From positions 233,973 through 297,972 of the forward strand of contig NZ_CAJYGQ010000013.1 in the NCBI RefSeq assembly GCF_913773635.1: a DNA stretch of 64,000 bases, read 5' to 3'. The notes under the pieces are model-generated. The model was given only the letters and a program-made list of their open reading frames with translations. It had not been told where the DNA came from and ran no database searches. The position numbers were made by a program, and so were the translations under genes. Of the stretch, positions 30,642-41,791 are shown piece after piece. The DNA is from an uncultured Mucilaginibacter sp. (GTDB lineage: Bacteria; Bacteroidota; Bacteroidia; Sphingobacteriales; Sphingobacteriaceae). Numbering within the stretch: the stretch's first letter is position 1; each line of letters starts with the position of its first letter.

Positions 30642-30687
30642 AAAAATGCAATCCGCGGCATGTTTAAACAAGCCGGATTGCATTTTT
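30642..30687 (-). terminator. Terminator-like hairpin immediately 5' of TPR gene
   Basis: aaaaatgcaatccg (30642-30655) / cggattgcattttt (30674-30687) with an inner tgtttaaaca palindrome; A/T tracts on both sides. Confidence 0.55.
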
Positions 30688-30790
30688 TTAAACGAAAGTA
30701 AATAATTGATGGTATAACCCGATAAACTTAAAGTAATAATAGGTTTACTGTCAGCTATTTATTTTTAAGATGATCGAATTGATTGGAAGA

Positions 30791-31162
30791 TTAAGCAACC
30801 AGTTGGCGCTGAATTTTATTGATAAGCATACTTATATCAAACGGTTTAGCCAAAAAGTCGTCAGGAGCACACTCTTGTTTGAGTACATCACCTACATTAT
30901 GGCTGGCAGAAATCATAATAACAGGAATACTGTGCGTTTTGTCGTTAAGCTTAACATGCTTACATAAATCGCGGCCGTCTAATCCATTTAACATGATATC
31001 CATTAAAATAAGGTCGGGCTGTTCTTTATTAATCATATCAAACAACTGGTGACCATCGGCAAGAGTATTAACTTCATATCCGTAATCCTCAAGAACTAGT
31101 TGCAATGCCTCTAAAATATCCTTGTCATCGTCAACCGCTAATATCCTGCTCATGGTGTTCAT
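30791..31162 (-). CDS. Single-domain response regulator (receiver)
   Basis: ILAVDDD, PDLILMDIML (phospho-Asp), PVIMISA, DFLAKPF. Confidence 0.93.
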   Translation of the reverse strand: MNTMSRILAVDDDKDILEALQLVLEDYGYEVNTLADGHQLFDMINKEQPDLILMDIMLNGLDGRDLCKHVKLNDKTHSIPVIMISASHNVGDVLKQECAPDDFLAKPFDISMLINKIQRQLVA

Positions 31163-31504
31163 ATAAGTTGTGTTGTATCTGCTTATAATTCAATTAAAAT
31201 ATTATTAACAATTAATAAGCCAAATCTTAAAAAAAAGTAAATAAGGGGCAAGAGCCGATTTAATCACCTTAATAGAAATAAATATTTAGCACCACTACTA
31301 ACACAAAGTTTGCAATAAATACTTGTTACAACTTACTTTCTGTATACAATTAACATCAAAAAAACTTATGAGCTTAAATTATACACATCAACGAATGTTA
31401 TTAACAATGTTGTGCATTTGAAACACTAAGCTATTAGTTATTGAACCAATAATTATACAGCGTTCTATTTATAGTACAGCATTTTTGATGAGTATTCAAA
31501 ATGC

Positions 31505-31528
31505 AAAAGCCGGCTTTAGCCGGCTTTT
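31505..31528 (-). terminator. Intrinsic terminator after RRM gene
   Basis: aaaagccggct / agccggctttt. Confidence 0.75.
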
Positions 31529-31551
31529 AAATGCAATAATACAATGTTTTA

Positions 31552-32010
31552 TTATTCGTTGGAATTATCGTTACGCTTAAAGCCACCGCCTTCTCCCCTG
31601 TTGTAGTTGCTGTTATTACCTCTGTTGTAACCGCCGCCACCACTGTTACGATCTTTATTATAGTTTCCATTGCGATTGTTACCATAACCACTACCACCAC
31701 CACGGTTATAGCCACCTCCGCCACCGGTACCACGGTTATTGCGGTTAAAGCCACCTGCAGGCTTAGGCCTTTCGGTGGCCTGGCTAACTGCCAGTTGCTT
31801 GTTGTGTCCTACGGTTTTCTGATCTAAATGGCTAATGGCATTAAGAGCTTCCTCATCATTCACCATTTCAACAAATGCGTAACCTTTACTACGGCCGGTT
31901 TCTCGGTCGGTTACAAGGTTGATAGTTAAAATGTCGCCATAAGTAATAAAGAGTGTAGCGATATCCGTCTCATCATAATCAGGCGGAAGTTTTGCAACAA
32001 AAATTTTCAT
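31552..32010 (-). CDS. RRM RNA-binding protein with Gly/Asn/Arg-rich tail
   Basis: RNP2 KIFVAKL, RNP1 KGYAFVEM, C-terminal GGGGYNRG repeats. Confidence 0.92.
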   Translation of the reverse strand: MKIFVAKLPPDYDETDIATLFITYGDILTINLVTDRETGRSKGYAFVEMVNDEEALNAISHLDQKTVGHNKQLAVSQATERPKPAGGFNRNNRGTGGGGGYNRGGGSGYGNNRNGNYNKDRNSGGGGYNRGNNSNYNRGEGGGFKRNDNSNE

Positions 32011-32088
32011 GGTAGATACGTTGATACTACAATTTTAGTAAAAAGCAACCGTGTTTATATATTTTTTTTTAAAATTGAAATAAAACAG

Positions 32089-32655
32089 TTAGCGCCTGAT
32101 AAATTCAAATAAGCCGTCGGGATTAATACGCATTATAGTAGAAGGCTTTTTTGCCGTTAAATCATGCTGATCTACATTCACCACATAATCAACGCCTTCT
32201 ATAACCTCTGCCGAAATTTGGGAAAAATTTTGAGGCGATGGCTGCCCACTGATGTTAGCCGACGTTGATACCAGCGGCTTGCGCATACGCTGAATAAGTT
32301 GCTGGCAAAACGGGTGTTTGCTCACCCGTACAGCAATACTTCCATCGGCATTAATCAATGAAGGTGATACGTTTTTTGCACCGGGCATTACCAGCGTAAG
32401 CGGATTTTCGGCAAACTCAATTAAGTCGTAAGCTATTGAGGAAACTTCAGCCACATAGCTTTCCAGTTTGTGGTCGGCATCAAGCAAAATAATCATGCTT
32501 TTTTCCTGCGGGCGCTGTTTAAGCTCAAATATCCTTTGTATGGCTTCTGTATTGGTAGCATCGCAGCCTATGCCCCATATAGTATCGGTTGGGTAAAGTA
32601 TAATACCGCCTTGTTTAACAACTTCAAAGGCTTTATGTACCTCGTCTCTAAGCAT
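32089..32655 (-). CDS. tsaC: L-threonylcarbamoyladenylate synthase (Sua5/YrdC/TsaC)
   Basis: LYPTDTIWGIGCDA, KQRPQEK, PLVSTSANISG, KPSTI. Confidence 0.92.
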   Translation of the reverse strand: MLRDEVHKAFEVVKQGGIILYPTDTIWGIGCDATNTEAIQRIFELKQRPQEKSMIILLDADHKLESYVAEVSSIAYDLIEFAENPLTLVMPGAKNVSPSLINADGSIAVRVSKHPFCQQLIQRMRKPLVSTSANISGQPSPQNFSQISAEVIEGVDYVVNVDQHDLTAKKPSTIMRINPDGLFEFIRR

Positions 32656-33775
32656 CGTTCAATGTTTTTTTATAAACTTCTATAAGCTGGCCGGCCAGCT
32701 TCTCGTGATCAAAGTTTTTTGCATAATCAAATCCCTGCGTTATCATATGTTGCCTCACCGACGGCGAATTCCATATCCTGTTAATTTTACGGGCAAGCTC
32801 CTGTTCATCATTGGGGTTTGCATATAAGCTATCTGGTCCTCCGGCCTCTTCAAGACACGAGCCTGTAGCTGCTACCACCGGCACACCTGAATTTAATGCC
32901 TCGATAATAGGAATACCAAATCCTTCATAGCGAGATGGATATACAAACACCGTAGCTAACTGGTACAACACGGGTAGCTCTTCAAAACTCACCTGATGAA
33001 GAAAGGTTACGCGGGCAGATAAGTGATTTGCCTCAATATATTCTTTTACCTGCTGCATGTAGTCCGTAGGTTTACCAACAACCACCAGGCGCATACTATC
33101 TTTGGTATGCTCAAGTGCTTTTAAAATGAGCATCAAATTTTTGCGCTCTTCAATGGTGCCCACGGTTAACAGGTACCTTTTGGGCAGGTTGTATTTTTTG
33201 CGTACCTGTGCCCTGTAATCATCGCTGTGGTACAGGCTAAAAATTTGATCGCAGCCCTGGTATACCACATCAATTTTTGATGGCTTTACGCCAAACAGTT
33301 CAATCAAATCTTGCTTAGTTTTTTGGCTTATAGCAATGATACGGGTAGCGGTACGGCAGGCATATCTGAGCTTGGCACGGTAAATTACCCTATCGGCCCA
33401 TTTAAAGTACTGCGGGTAACGCATGAATATAAGATCATGCACGGTAAGCACGCCTTTTATATCACTTTCTCTAAGCCCGAAAGGCAATTCGTGACTCAGG
33501 CCATGATACAGCTCTATATTATCGCGCTTTAAATTTTTAACAACACCCATGCTACGCCACCACGATGAGAGGTACAAGTGGCCTGGAGTTACAATAGAAA
33601 TGTTTTTAAATCTACTGAACTCGTCTTTATAACGGTTTTGCCTTATGCGGGGGGTATACAGGCTTAGCTGATTTTGGGGATGATACTGAGCAACACTCTT
33701 AATTAACCAGCGGCTGTAGTTTCCCAGCCCTGTACTATTTAAAAATGCCCGCTTTGCATCAAAACCAATTATCAT
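32648..33775 (-). CDS. Glycosyltransferase (GT-B, family 4 type)
   Basis: TGLGNYSR, TVHDLIF, VGTIEERKN, PSRYEGFGIPIIEA. Confidence 0.92.
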   Translation of the reverse strand: MIIGFDAKRAFLNSTGLGNYSRWLIKSVAQYHPQNQLSLYTPRIRQNRYKDEFSRFKNISIVTPGHLYLSSWWRSMGVVKNLKRDNIELYHGLSHELPFGLRESDIKGVLTVHDLIFMRYPQYFKWADRVIYRAKLRYACRTATRIIAISQKTKQDLIELFGVKPSKIDVVYQGCDQIFSLYHSDDYRAQVRKKYNLPKRYLLTVGTIEERKNLMLILKALEHTKDSMRLVVVGKPTDYMQQVKEYIEANHLSARVTFLHQVSFEELPVLYQLATVFVYPSRYEGFGIPIIEALNSGVPVVAATGSCLEEAGGPDSLYANPNDEQELARKINRIWNSPSVRQHMITQGFDYAKNFDHEKLAGQLIEVYKKTLNDA

Positions 33776-33891
33776 GCTTCAGATATTTTAAAACAATATT
33801 GCGAGAAATAAAGCAATTTCGTTAGTAATAAGCAGTTAAGCTTACATTGAAATCTCTTCACCCCTCGCAATAACGAGTTTTATTTTAACAG

Positions 33892-34710
33892 TTAAACAGC
33901 TACGTTGTTATCACGTAACGCATCGTTTAATGATGTTTTTTTATCAGTTGATTCTTTACGCTTTCCGATAATTAAGGCACAAGGAACCTGGTACTCACCG
34001 GCAGGAAACTTTTTGGTGTATGAACCTGGAATTACTACCGAACGTGATGGTACACGGCCTTTGTATTCTATCGGAGTTTCACCGGTTACATCAATTATTT
34101 TTGTTGAGGCAGTAAGTACAACGTTAGCGCCTAAAACGGCTTCGCTCTCTACATGCACACCTTCAACCACAATAGCACGCGAGCCAATAAAGCAATTATC
34201 TTCAATAATTACGGGAGCTGCCTGCACAGGCTCTAATACACCGCCAATACCAACACCACCACTTAGGTGTACGTGCTTGCCAATTTGCGCACATGAACCC
34301 ACGGTAGCCCAGGTATCAACCATGGTGCCTTCATCAACAAATGCACCAATGTTTACATATGATGGCATCATAATAACGCCTTTAGCCAAATGCGCACCAT
34401 AACGGGCAATAGCATGAGGCACAACACGTACGCCATTCTTTTTGTAATCGGTTTTAAGTTTCATTTTATCATGAAACACAAACGGACCTACTTTAATTTC
34501 CTCCATCTCACGGATAGGGAAATATAAAATAACGGCTTTCTTAATCCAGTCATTAACATGCCAGCGGTTGGTAATCAGTTCGGCAACACGTAGTTCACCT
34601 TTGTCTAAACGCTCAATAACGGTTTCAACGGCAACAATATATTCATTAAGGTTAAGCAATCCCCGGTCTTCCCAGGCATCCTCTATCATTTTCTTTAAGT
34701 TAGCGGGCAT
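33892..34710 (-). CDS. dapD: 2,3,4,5-tetrahydropyridine-2,6-dicarboxylate N-succinyltransferase
   Basis: W.KKAVILYF, RVVPHAIARYG, MPSYVNIGAFV, DTWATVGSCAQIG, GGVLEP, KTSLNDALR; start MPANL at 34710. Confidence 0.95.
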   Translation of the reverse strand: MPANLKKMIEDAWEDRGLLNLNEYIVAVETVIERLDKGELRVAELITNRWHVNDWIKKAVILYFPIREMEEIKVGPFVFHDKMKLKTDYKKNGVRVVPHAIARYGAHLAKGVIMMPSYVNIGAFVDEGTMVDTWATVGSCAQIGKHVHLSGGVGIGGVLEPVQAAPVIIEDNCFIGSRAIVVEGVHVESEAVLGANVVLTASTKIIDVTGETPIEYKGRVPSRSVVIPGSYTKKFPAGEYQVPCALIIGKRKESTDKKTSLNDALRDNNVAV

Positions 34711-34809
34711 ATCAAAAGTTTTCGCAAATAAAGGGAATTTTAAGGAAATTTGCAGAACTCTATGCATCAATAGTGTTTATTAAGCTATTGGTTATATTGA
34801 TACTTGGTT

Positions 34810-35247
34810 ATGCCGGAAAAAGAAAAATTACGAATAGACAAATACTTGTGGGCCATACGCATTTTTAAAACGCGCACATTAGCCTCAGAGGCCTGTAAGG
34901 CCGGCCGCGTTAAAATTAACGGGCAAAATATAAAAGCATCGCACGAAGTAAAGGTTGGCGAAACCTATAATATTTCCAAAGGACTGGAACGCAAAATTAT
35001 AACGGTTACCGGCCTGCTTGAAAATCGTGTGGATGCTAAAAAGGCCGTGGAATTTTATAGCGACCTCACCCCTGTTGAAAACACGCCGTCGTTTAAATCA
35101 ATGTTTAACATGCCTATGCTCAGGCGCGACCGTGGTACCGGCCGGCCAACAAAGCGCGACCGCCGTGAGATTGACGATTTGCAGGACGGATACTTTGCAC
35201 CTCAGCCCCCGCAAACCGGAAGCGGAAACGATGATACTGAAGAATGA
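34810..35247 (+). CDS. hslR: S4-domain RNA-binding protein (Hsp15/HslR-like)
   Basis: LRIDKYLWAIRIFKTRTLA...GRVKING, C-terminal GRPTKRDRR. Confidence 0.88.
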   Translation: MPEKEKLRIDKYLWAIRIFKTRTLASEACKAGRVKINGQNIKASHEVKVGETYNISKGLERKIITVTGLLENRVDAKKAVEFYSDLTPVENTPSFKSMFNMPMLRRDRGTGRPTKRDRREIDDLQDGYFAPQPPQTGSGNDDTEE

Positions 35248-35525
35248 AACCAACCATTTGTATTGAATATTGCCCAAAGTGCGGCTGGATGCTGCGTGCC
35301 GCTTATATGGCGCAAGAGTTACTCACTACATTTACGGATGATGTAAATGGCGTGTTGCTTAAACCAAGCGAAGTAAGCGGACGCTACATCGTAAGCATTG
35401 ACGATGTAGAAGTATTTGACCGTAAAACAGCAGGCAGGTTTCCGGAGGTTAAAGAGCTCAAGCAACTGGTTAGAGACATTGTAAACCCTGATAAGAGCCT
35501 GGGACATTCTGATAAACATGCTTAA
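35244..35525 (+). CDS. SelT/SelW/SelH (Rdx) family protein
   Basis: IEYCPKCGW CxxC motif, RFPEVKELKQLVRD, LGHSD. Confidence 0.9.
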   Translation: MKPTICIEYCPKCGWMLRAAYMAQELLTTFTDDVNGVLLKPSEVSGRYIVSIDDVEVFDRKTAGRFPEVKELKQLVRDIVNPDKSLGHSDKHA

Positions 35526-35529
35526 AATC

Positions 35530-35567
35530 AAAAGAGCCGGAATCAGTCGTTGCTTCGCGGCTCTTTT
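35530..35567. terminator. Bidirectional terminator
   Basis: aaaagagccg / cggctctttt between convergent genes. Confidence 0.7.
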
Positions 35568-35574
35568 GTACTAT

Positions 35575-36066
35575 TTAATAATGTGTTTTGCCTTCGTGAG
35601 CTTCCCAGGCCTTGAAGGCTCCTAAAGCCTCATCGCGGAGCATTTCAACAACCGGCACTTTACGTTCACTTTTAGGCCGCTCCAACTCCTCATAAATAAA
35701 TTGGTCGTCAAAGCCAATGGCAGCAGCATCGGCCTTATTATTGGCATAGTAAATTTTATTTATGCGCGCCCAGTATATAGCAGCCAGGCACATGGGGCAT
35801 GGTTCGCAACTGGTGTAAATTACACTGCCTTCTAAACTAAAATTTTTCAATTCGGCGCAGGCCAGCCTTATGGCTGATACTTCGGCATGGGCTGTAGGGT
35901 CATTATTCGGAACAACCTTATTGCCGCTTGCACCAATCACCTTACCATCTTTTACTATTACGGCACCAAATGGGCCGCCTAAGCCTTCGGCTACGTTTTG
36001 TTCTGAAAGCGCAATAGCCATGCGCATATAATCTTCATGATTCATTATATCTCCTTGCATATTCAA
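35575..36066 (-). CDS. Nucleoside deaminase (guanine deaminase GuaD-like, CDA fold)
   Basis: GGPFGAVIV, DPTAHAE, YTSCEPCPMC, GFDD. Confidence 0.9.
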   Translation of the reverse strand: MNMQGDIMNHEDYMRMAIALSEQNVAEGLGGPFGAVIVKDGKVIGASGNKVVPNNDPTAHAEVSAIRLACAELKNFSLEGSVIYTSCEPCPMCLAAIYWARINKIYYANNKADAAAIGFDDQFIYEELERPKSERKVPVVEMLRDEALGAFKAWEAHEGKTHY

Positions 36067-36104
36067 AGCGCTATTTTTAAACTATCAATAAGTTGTAAAA
36101 CAAG

Positions 36105-36134
36105 AATGCCTTCTGCTTTTAAACAGAAGGCATT
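36105..36134 (-). terminator. Hairpin downstream of ompH
   Basis: aatgccttctg / cagaaggcatt. Confidence 0.6.
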
Positions 36135-36182
36135 TGTATGTGTTTTTATTCTACCCTTTTATGTAAAGGAAAGAACTATAAA

Positions 36183-36803
36183 TTATTTCTTGTCTTTGTT
36201 GTATGCTTCGTTAAGCTTGGCAACAACATCGCTGGTTATATCCAAACTGGCATCACCATATAAAATTCCACTGTTACCTTTTTGGTAGGTCATAACCATT
36301 TTGTAGCCTTTTTCTTTGGCATAAACCTTTAAAAAGTCGGCAACTTTTTCGTAGAGTTTTGCTTGCTCACCAGCCTGATCTTGCTGCACCTGTGCACCGG
36401 TATTTTGCTGGTAAGCTTGTAACTCTTGTTGTTTGCGTGCAAGGCGCTGCTCAGTAGCCTGGCGCTGATCAGCACTCATGGTTGCTGCTGATTTTTGATA
36501 CTCGGCAACTTCACGCTGAAAAGCCTGACCCCGGTTTTGCAAATCGGCCTGCGCAGCTTTGCCCTTTTTCTCTAAACGGTCGGCCATATCTTTAAAATAC
36601 TGATACTTATTTAATAACGTGTCAGAGTTTACAAAAACAATATCACCGTTTTTAAGTGTGTTGTCTTCAACTTTGGCAGCAGCCGGAGTTGTAGCTGGCT
36701 TATCATTGGTTTTGTTTTGGTTGCAGGCAGCTAAGCTTGCGGCTACCAGTATGCTTAAAGTAATTTTCGATAGTGTCGAAGCAGGGTTCTTCATCGTGCT
36801 CAA
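36183..36803 (-). CDS. OmpH/Skp family periplasmic chaperone (lipoprotein type)
   Basis: Lipobox LAAC, IVFVNSDTLL, Gln-rich coiled coil, LDITSDVVAKLN. Confidence 0.88.
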   Translation of the reverse strand: MSTMKNPASTLSKITLSILVAASLAACNQNKTNDKPATTPAAAKVEDNTLKNGDIVFVNSDTLLNKYQYFKDMADRLEKKGKAAQADLQNRGQAFQREVAEYQKSAATMSADQRQATEQRLARKQQELQAYQQNTGAQVQQDQAGEQAKLYEKVADFLKVYAKEKGYKMVMTYQKGNSGILYGDASLDITSDVVAKLNEAYNKDKK

Positions 36804-36915
36804 TTAAAAAATTTCACAAATATATAATTTCATTATTAGTATTCTAATGTTTTTAAATGACCTGATACTGACCCGTCAAGTTATCAACAATAACAAGATT
36901 ATGCGCTATAATGCG

Positions 36916-36923
36916 TATATTTG
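36916..36923 (+). promoter_or_regulatory. -7 promoter box for gyrB
   Basis: TATATTTG exact TAnnTTTG match, 22 nt before the ATG. Confidence 0.6.
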
Positions 36924-36927
36924 TTAG

Positions 36928-38904
<1,977 letters not shown>

Positions 38905-38933
38905 GTAAGTTTTCTTACTGATTTACACATACT

Positions 38934-38963
38934 AAGCCCTGCATTTATGCAGGGCTTTTTTTA
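38934..38963 (+). terminator. Intrinsic terminator after gyrB
   Basis: aagccctgcat / atgcagggctt followed by a T-run. Confidence 0.85.
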
Positions 38964-39136
38964 TGGGCGGCTCTTAGCAGCAAGCTTATTGCACATGCTT
39001 TGAATTAATCGGCAGCTTATATGCGTAATGCGCCAACTTATTTTGGCATTACTTGTTATAAAATTATTATTTTGCACCTGTATACTGCTGCCACTAACCA
39101 ATTATAAGCTTAGCAGTTTACGTTAACTGCTTAACT

Positions 39137-39841
39137 GTGACCGATTATCTGATCTTTATTGATATTGAGGCTTCTGGCTTGCCTATCAACTGGCACTCGC
39201 CCTATTCTGAAGAAGGTGCGTGGCCGTCGGCTGTGCAAGTGAGCTGGCTCATCTATAATAAGGATGGTGAGGAACTTAAGCAAGAAGATCATTACATTAA
39301 AAACTCTGATTTCATCATCACTCCCGCTGCCATGGAAATTCATGGTATAAATCCGGGAATTTTGGGCATAAAGGGCGAAGAAAGGGTACCTGTTATGCAG
39401 AAACTGGCTAATGATCTTAACCATTACAAACCGCTTGTGGTAGGCCATTTTGTACAACTGGATTATCACATTTTAAGCGCCGACTTTTACCGCGCAGGTA
39501 TCGAAAACCCGCTGGCTGATTTGCCCGTGTTTTGTACAATGATGGCAACTTCGCAGTTTATATGGAACCCCATGCCTAAAAACTTGCGCCTGGCCGATTT
39601 ATATTCATATCTCTTTTACAAATCACTTCAGGACCAGCACAATGCACTTTCAGATGCAGGTGCCACGGCCGACTGCTTCTTTGAACTCAGAAAAAGAGGA
39701 GAAATTAATGATAAGCTTATAGAAAGTCAGCAAAAATTTGCTAACATCAAAAACCTCAAAACCAAATCGGGGAAACTTTTTGCTGTTATAATTCCGGTTA
39801 TTATATTGGCGTTGCTTATACTATTTGCCCATTACTTATGA
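39137..39841 (+). CDS. DEDDh 3'-5' exonuclease (DnaQ-like) with C-terminal TM helix
   Basis: ExoI FIDIEASG, ExoII GHFVQLD, ExoIII HNALSDA; hydrophobic C-terminal LFAVIIPVIILALLILF; GTG start. Confidence 0.85.
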   Translation: MTDYLIFIDIEASGLPINWHSPYSEEGAWPSAVQVSWLIYNKDGEELKQEDHYIKNSDFIITPAAMEIHGINPGILGIKGEERVPVMQKLANDLNHYKPLVVGHFVQLDYHILSADFYRAGIENPLADLPVFCTMMATSQFIWNPMPKNLRLADLYSYLFYKSLQDQHNALSDAGATADCFFELRKRGEINDKLIESQQKFANIKNLKTKSGKLFAVIIPVIILALLILFAHYL

Positions 39842-41742
39842 CTGAACGTGTTAAATACCTTCAGCAAATAACACCTTTTAACTTATTGCCTCTTGAGGTG
39901 CTTCAAGGCATAGCCGAACAGCTTGAAGAAGTAACCTACAGCAAAGACAAGGTTATTTACCAACAGGAAATATCAAAGCTCAAAGGCGTTGATATTATTG
40001 TTAAGGGTGAATACGAATCCTTTTTTTACGACAGCGTACAAAACAAACGCCTGGTTGAATATCACAACCCCGGGTTTTGTTACGGCGGAGTATCGGTTTT
40101 ACTTAATCGCAGGCTTTCGCTACGCACCGTTATTGCCAAAAAAGGAACGCTTGTTTATTTTTTGCACCGTAAAGACTTTCGCGCTATTTGCAAAGCCTAC
40201 GAAGACTTTTTCCTATACTTCACCGCAGAGTTTGGTAAGCGCATGCAAAATGAGGAGTTTGTGCACTTTTTTAAGCAGCCACCTGCGTTCGATGACAGCT
40301 ACCTCGCGGCAGACCAGCTATACTCACGAAAAATTGACAGTCTTGAATTTCGTGCTATAGTAAAATGCAGCGCAACCACTCCTATTTATGAAGCCGCAAG
40401 GCAGATGACTAATCATAAGGTAAGCTGCTTGTTTGTAACCGACAGCCATGAGCAAATAGCAGGTTATGTAACTGATATTACGCTGCGCGATCGTGTGATA
40501 GCAGAACGCCGCGATGCCGCCGACCCACTTGAAACCGTGATGGACAGCCATACAGTTAGTATTGATGCCGACGCTTACATCTATGAGGCCATACTAATGA
40601 TGTTTAGTACCAAAACGCGTTATTTACTGGTAAAAAAGAATGACGAGTATATTGGTTTCCTGAGCCGTAACAGGTTGTTGAGCGAGCAGGCACAGTCGCC
40701 GCTGGTATTTATACAGTCAGTAAAATCGGCAGTAAGTGATGATGAGCTTAAACGCAAGTGGGAATCGGTCCCGCACTTTGTTAATCAGTTACTTGAACGT
40801 GGCGTAAACGCCAAAATTGCCAACCAGGTAATCAGTACCATTGCCGATACCATAGCCCAAAAGGTAATTGAAGGGGTAATTGAAAAAGTTGGCCCCCCGC
40901 CTGCAAAATTTGTCTTTATGGTGCTTGGCAGTGAAGGCCGTAAAGAGCAAACCTTTAAAACCGACCAGGATAATGCCATTATATATGAAGACAAAGCCAA
41001 TGAGCACCGCGAGGTGGTAAGAGAGTATTTCCTTGACTTTGCTACCCAGGTATCGGGCAGGTTAAATGGCATTGGTATTGACTATTGCACAGGGGGTTTT
41101 ATGGCACAAAACCCTAAATGGACCCACTCCCTATCTCACTGGAAACGTAACTACACCAGTTGGATGGCAGAGTCGCTTCCGGAAACGGTTATTAATTTTT
41201 CTACGTTTTTTGATTGCCGGTTTGTTTATGGCGATGAGAACATAATGCACGAATTAAAGGCGTTTTTAGATGAAGAGCTAAAAAAACCGATGGAAAAGCT
41301 CTTCCACAATATGGCCATCAATGCATTGCAGTACGAGCCACCACTTACTTTTTTCAAAAACATAAGAACGTTTACCAAGGATAAGCGCGAGGTATTTGAT
41401 ATAAAAAAAGCAATGACCCCTATAGTTGATTTAGTTAGGGTTTATGCGCTTAAGCATAGGGTATTTGAAGTAAATACAGGTGATAGAATGCAGGAGCTAC
41501 GCAAGTTAGAAGTGTTTAACGACACAGCCTATCATGAGCTTTCTCAATCGTATTACTTTTTAATGAGCATGCGTTTGAAGAAGCAGGCACTGCAAGTAAT
41601 TCAGGATAAATCTCCCCCCGATAACTATATAGACCTTTCTACACTTACAAAAATTGAGCAGGTTACCCTCAAAGAAATCTTTAAAGTAATTGGTAATTTT
41701 CAAACCAAAATACGCATGGATTTTACCAATAGCGTATTTTAA
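39838..41742 (+). CDS. cNMP-binding / CBS-pair / DUF294 nucleotidyltransferase-like protein
   Basis: N-terminal cNMP-binding fold, two CBS repeats, LGSEGRKEQTFKTDQDNAI NTase motif, DUF294_C (FDIKK...PIVDLVRVYAL). Confidence 0.9.
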   Translation: MTERVKYLQQITPFNLLPLEVLQGIAEQLEEVTYSKDKVIYQQEISKLKGVDIIVKGEYESFFYDSVQNKRLVEYHNPGFCYGGVSVLLNRRLSLRTVIAKKGTLVYFLHRKDFRAICKAYEDFFLYFTAEFGKRMQNEEFVHFFKQPPAFDDSYLAADQLYSRKIDSLEFRAIVKCSATTPIYEAARQMTNHKVSCLFVTDSHEQIAGYVTDITLRDRVIAERRDAADPLETVMDSHTVSIDADAYIYEAILMMFSTKTRYLLVKKNDEYIGFLSRNRLLSEQAQSPLVFIQSVKSAVSDDELKRKWESVPHFVNQLLERGVNAKIANQVISTIADTIAQKVIEGVIEKVGPPPAKFVFMVLGSEGRKEQTFKTDQDNAIIYEDKANEHREVVREYFLDFATQVSGRLNGIGIDYCTGGFMAQNPKWTHSLSHWKRNYTSWMAESLPETVINFSTFFDCRFVYGDENIMHELKAFLDEELKKPMEKLFHNMAINALQYEPPLTFFKNIRTFTKDKREVFDIKKAMTPIVDLVRVYALKHRVFEVNTGDRMQELRKLEVFNDTAYHELSQSYYFLMSMRLKKQALQVIQDKSPPDNYIDLSTLTKIEQVTLKEIFKVIGNFQTKIRMDFTNSVF

Positions 41743-41746
41743 TAAA

Positions 41747-41778
41747 AAAGCCACAATCAACTTAATGATTGTGGCTTT
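41747..41778. terminator. Bidirectional terminator
   Basis: aaagccacaatca / tgattgtggcttt between convergent genes. Confidence 0.8.
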
Positions 41779-41791
41779 CTTGTTAAAACTA

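Noticed and set aside
39137-39841. DEDDh exonuclease as Pol III epsilon (dnaQ) or a CRISPR/defence nuclease
   Set aside because: It has a C-terminal TM helix, is coupled to DUF294, lacks an obvious clamp-binding tail, and DnaE here has an intact PHP domain; no defence context.
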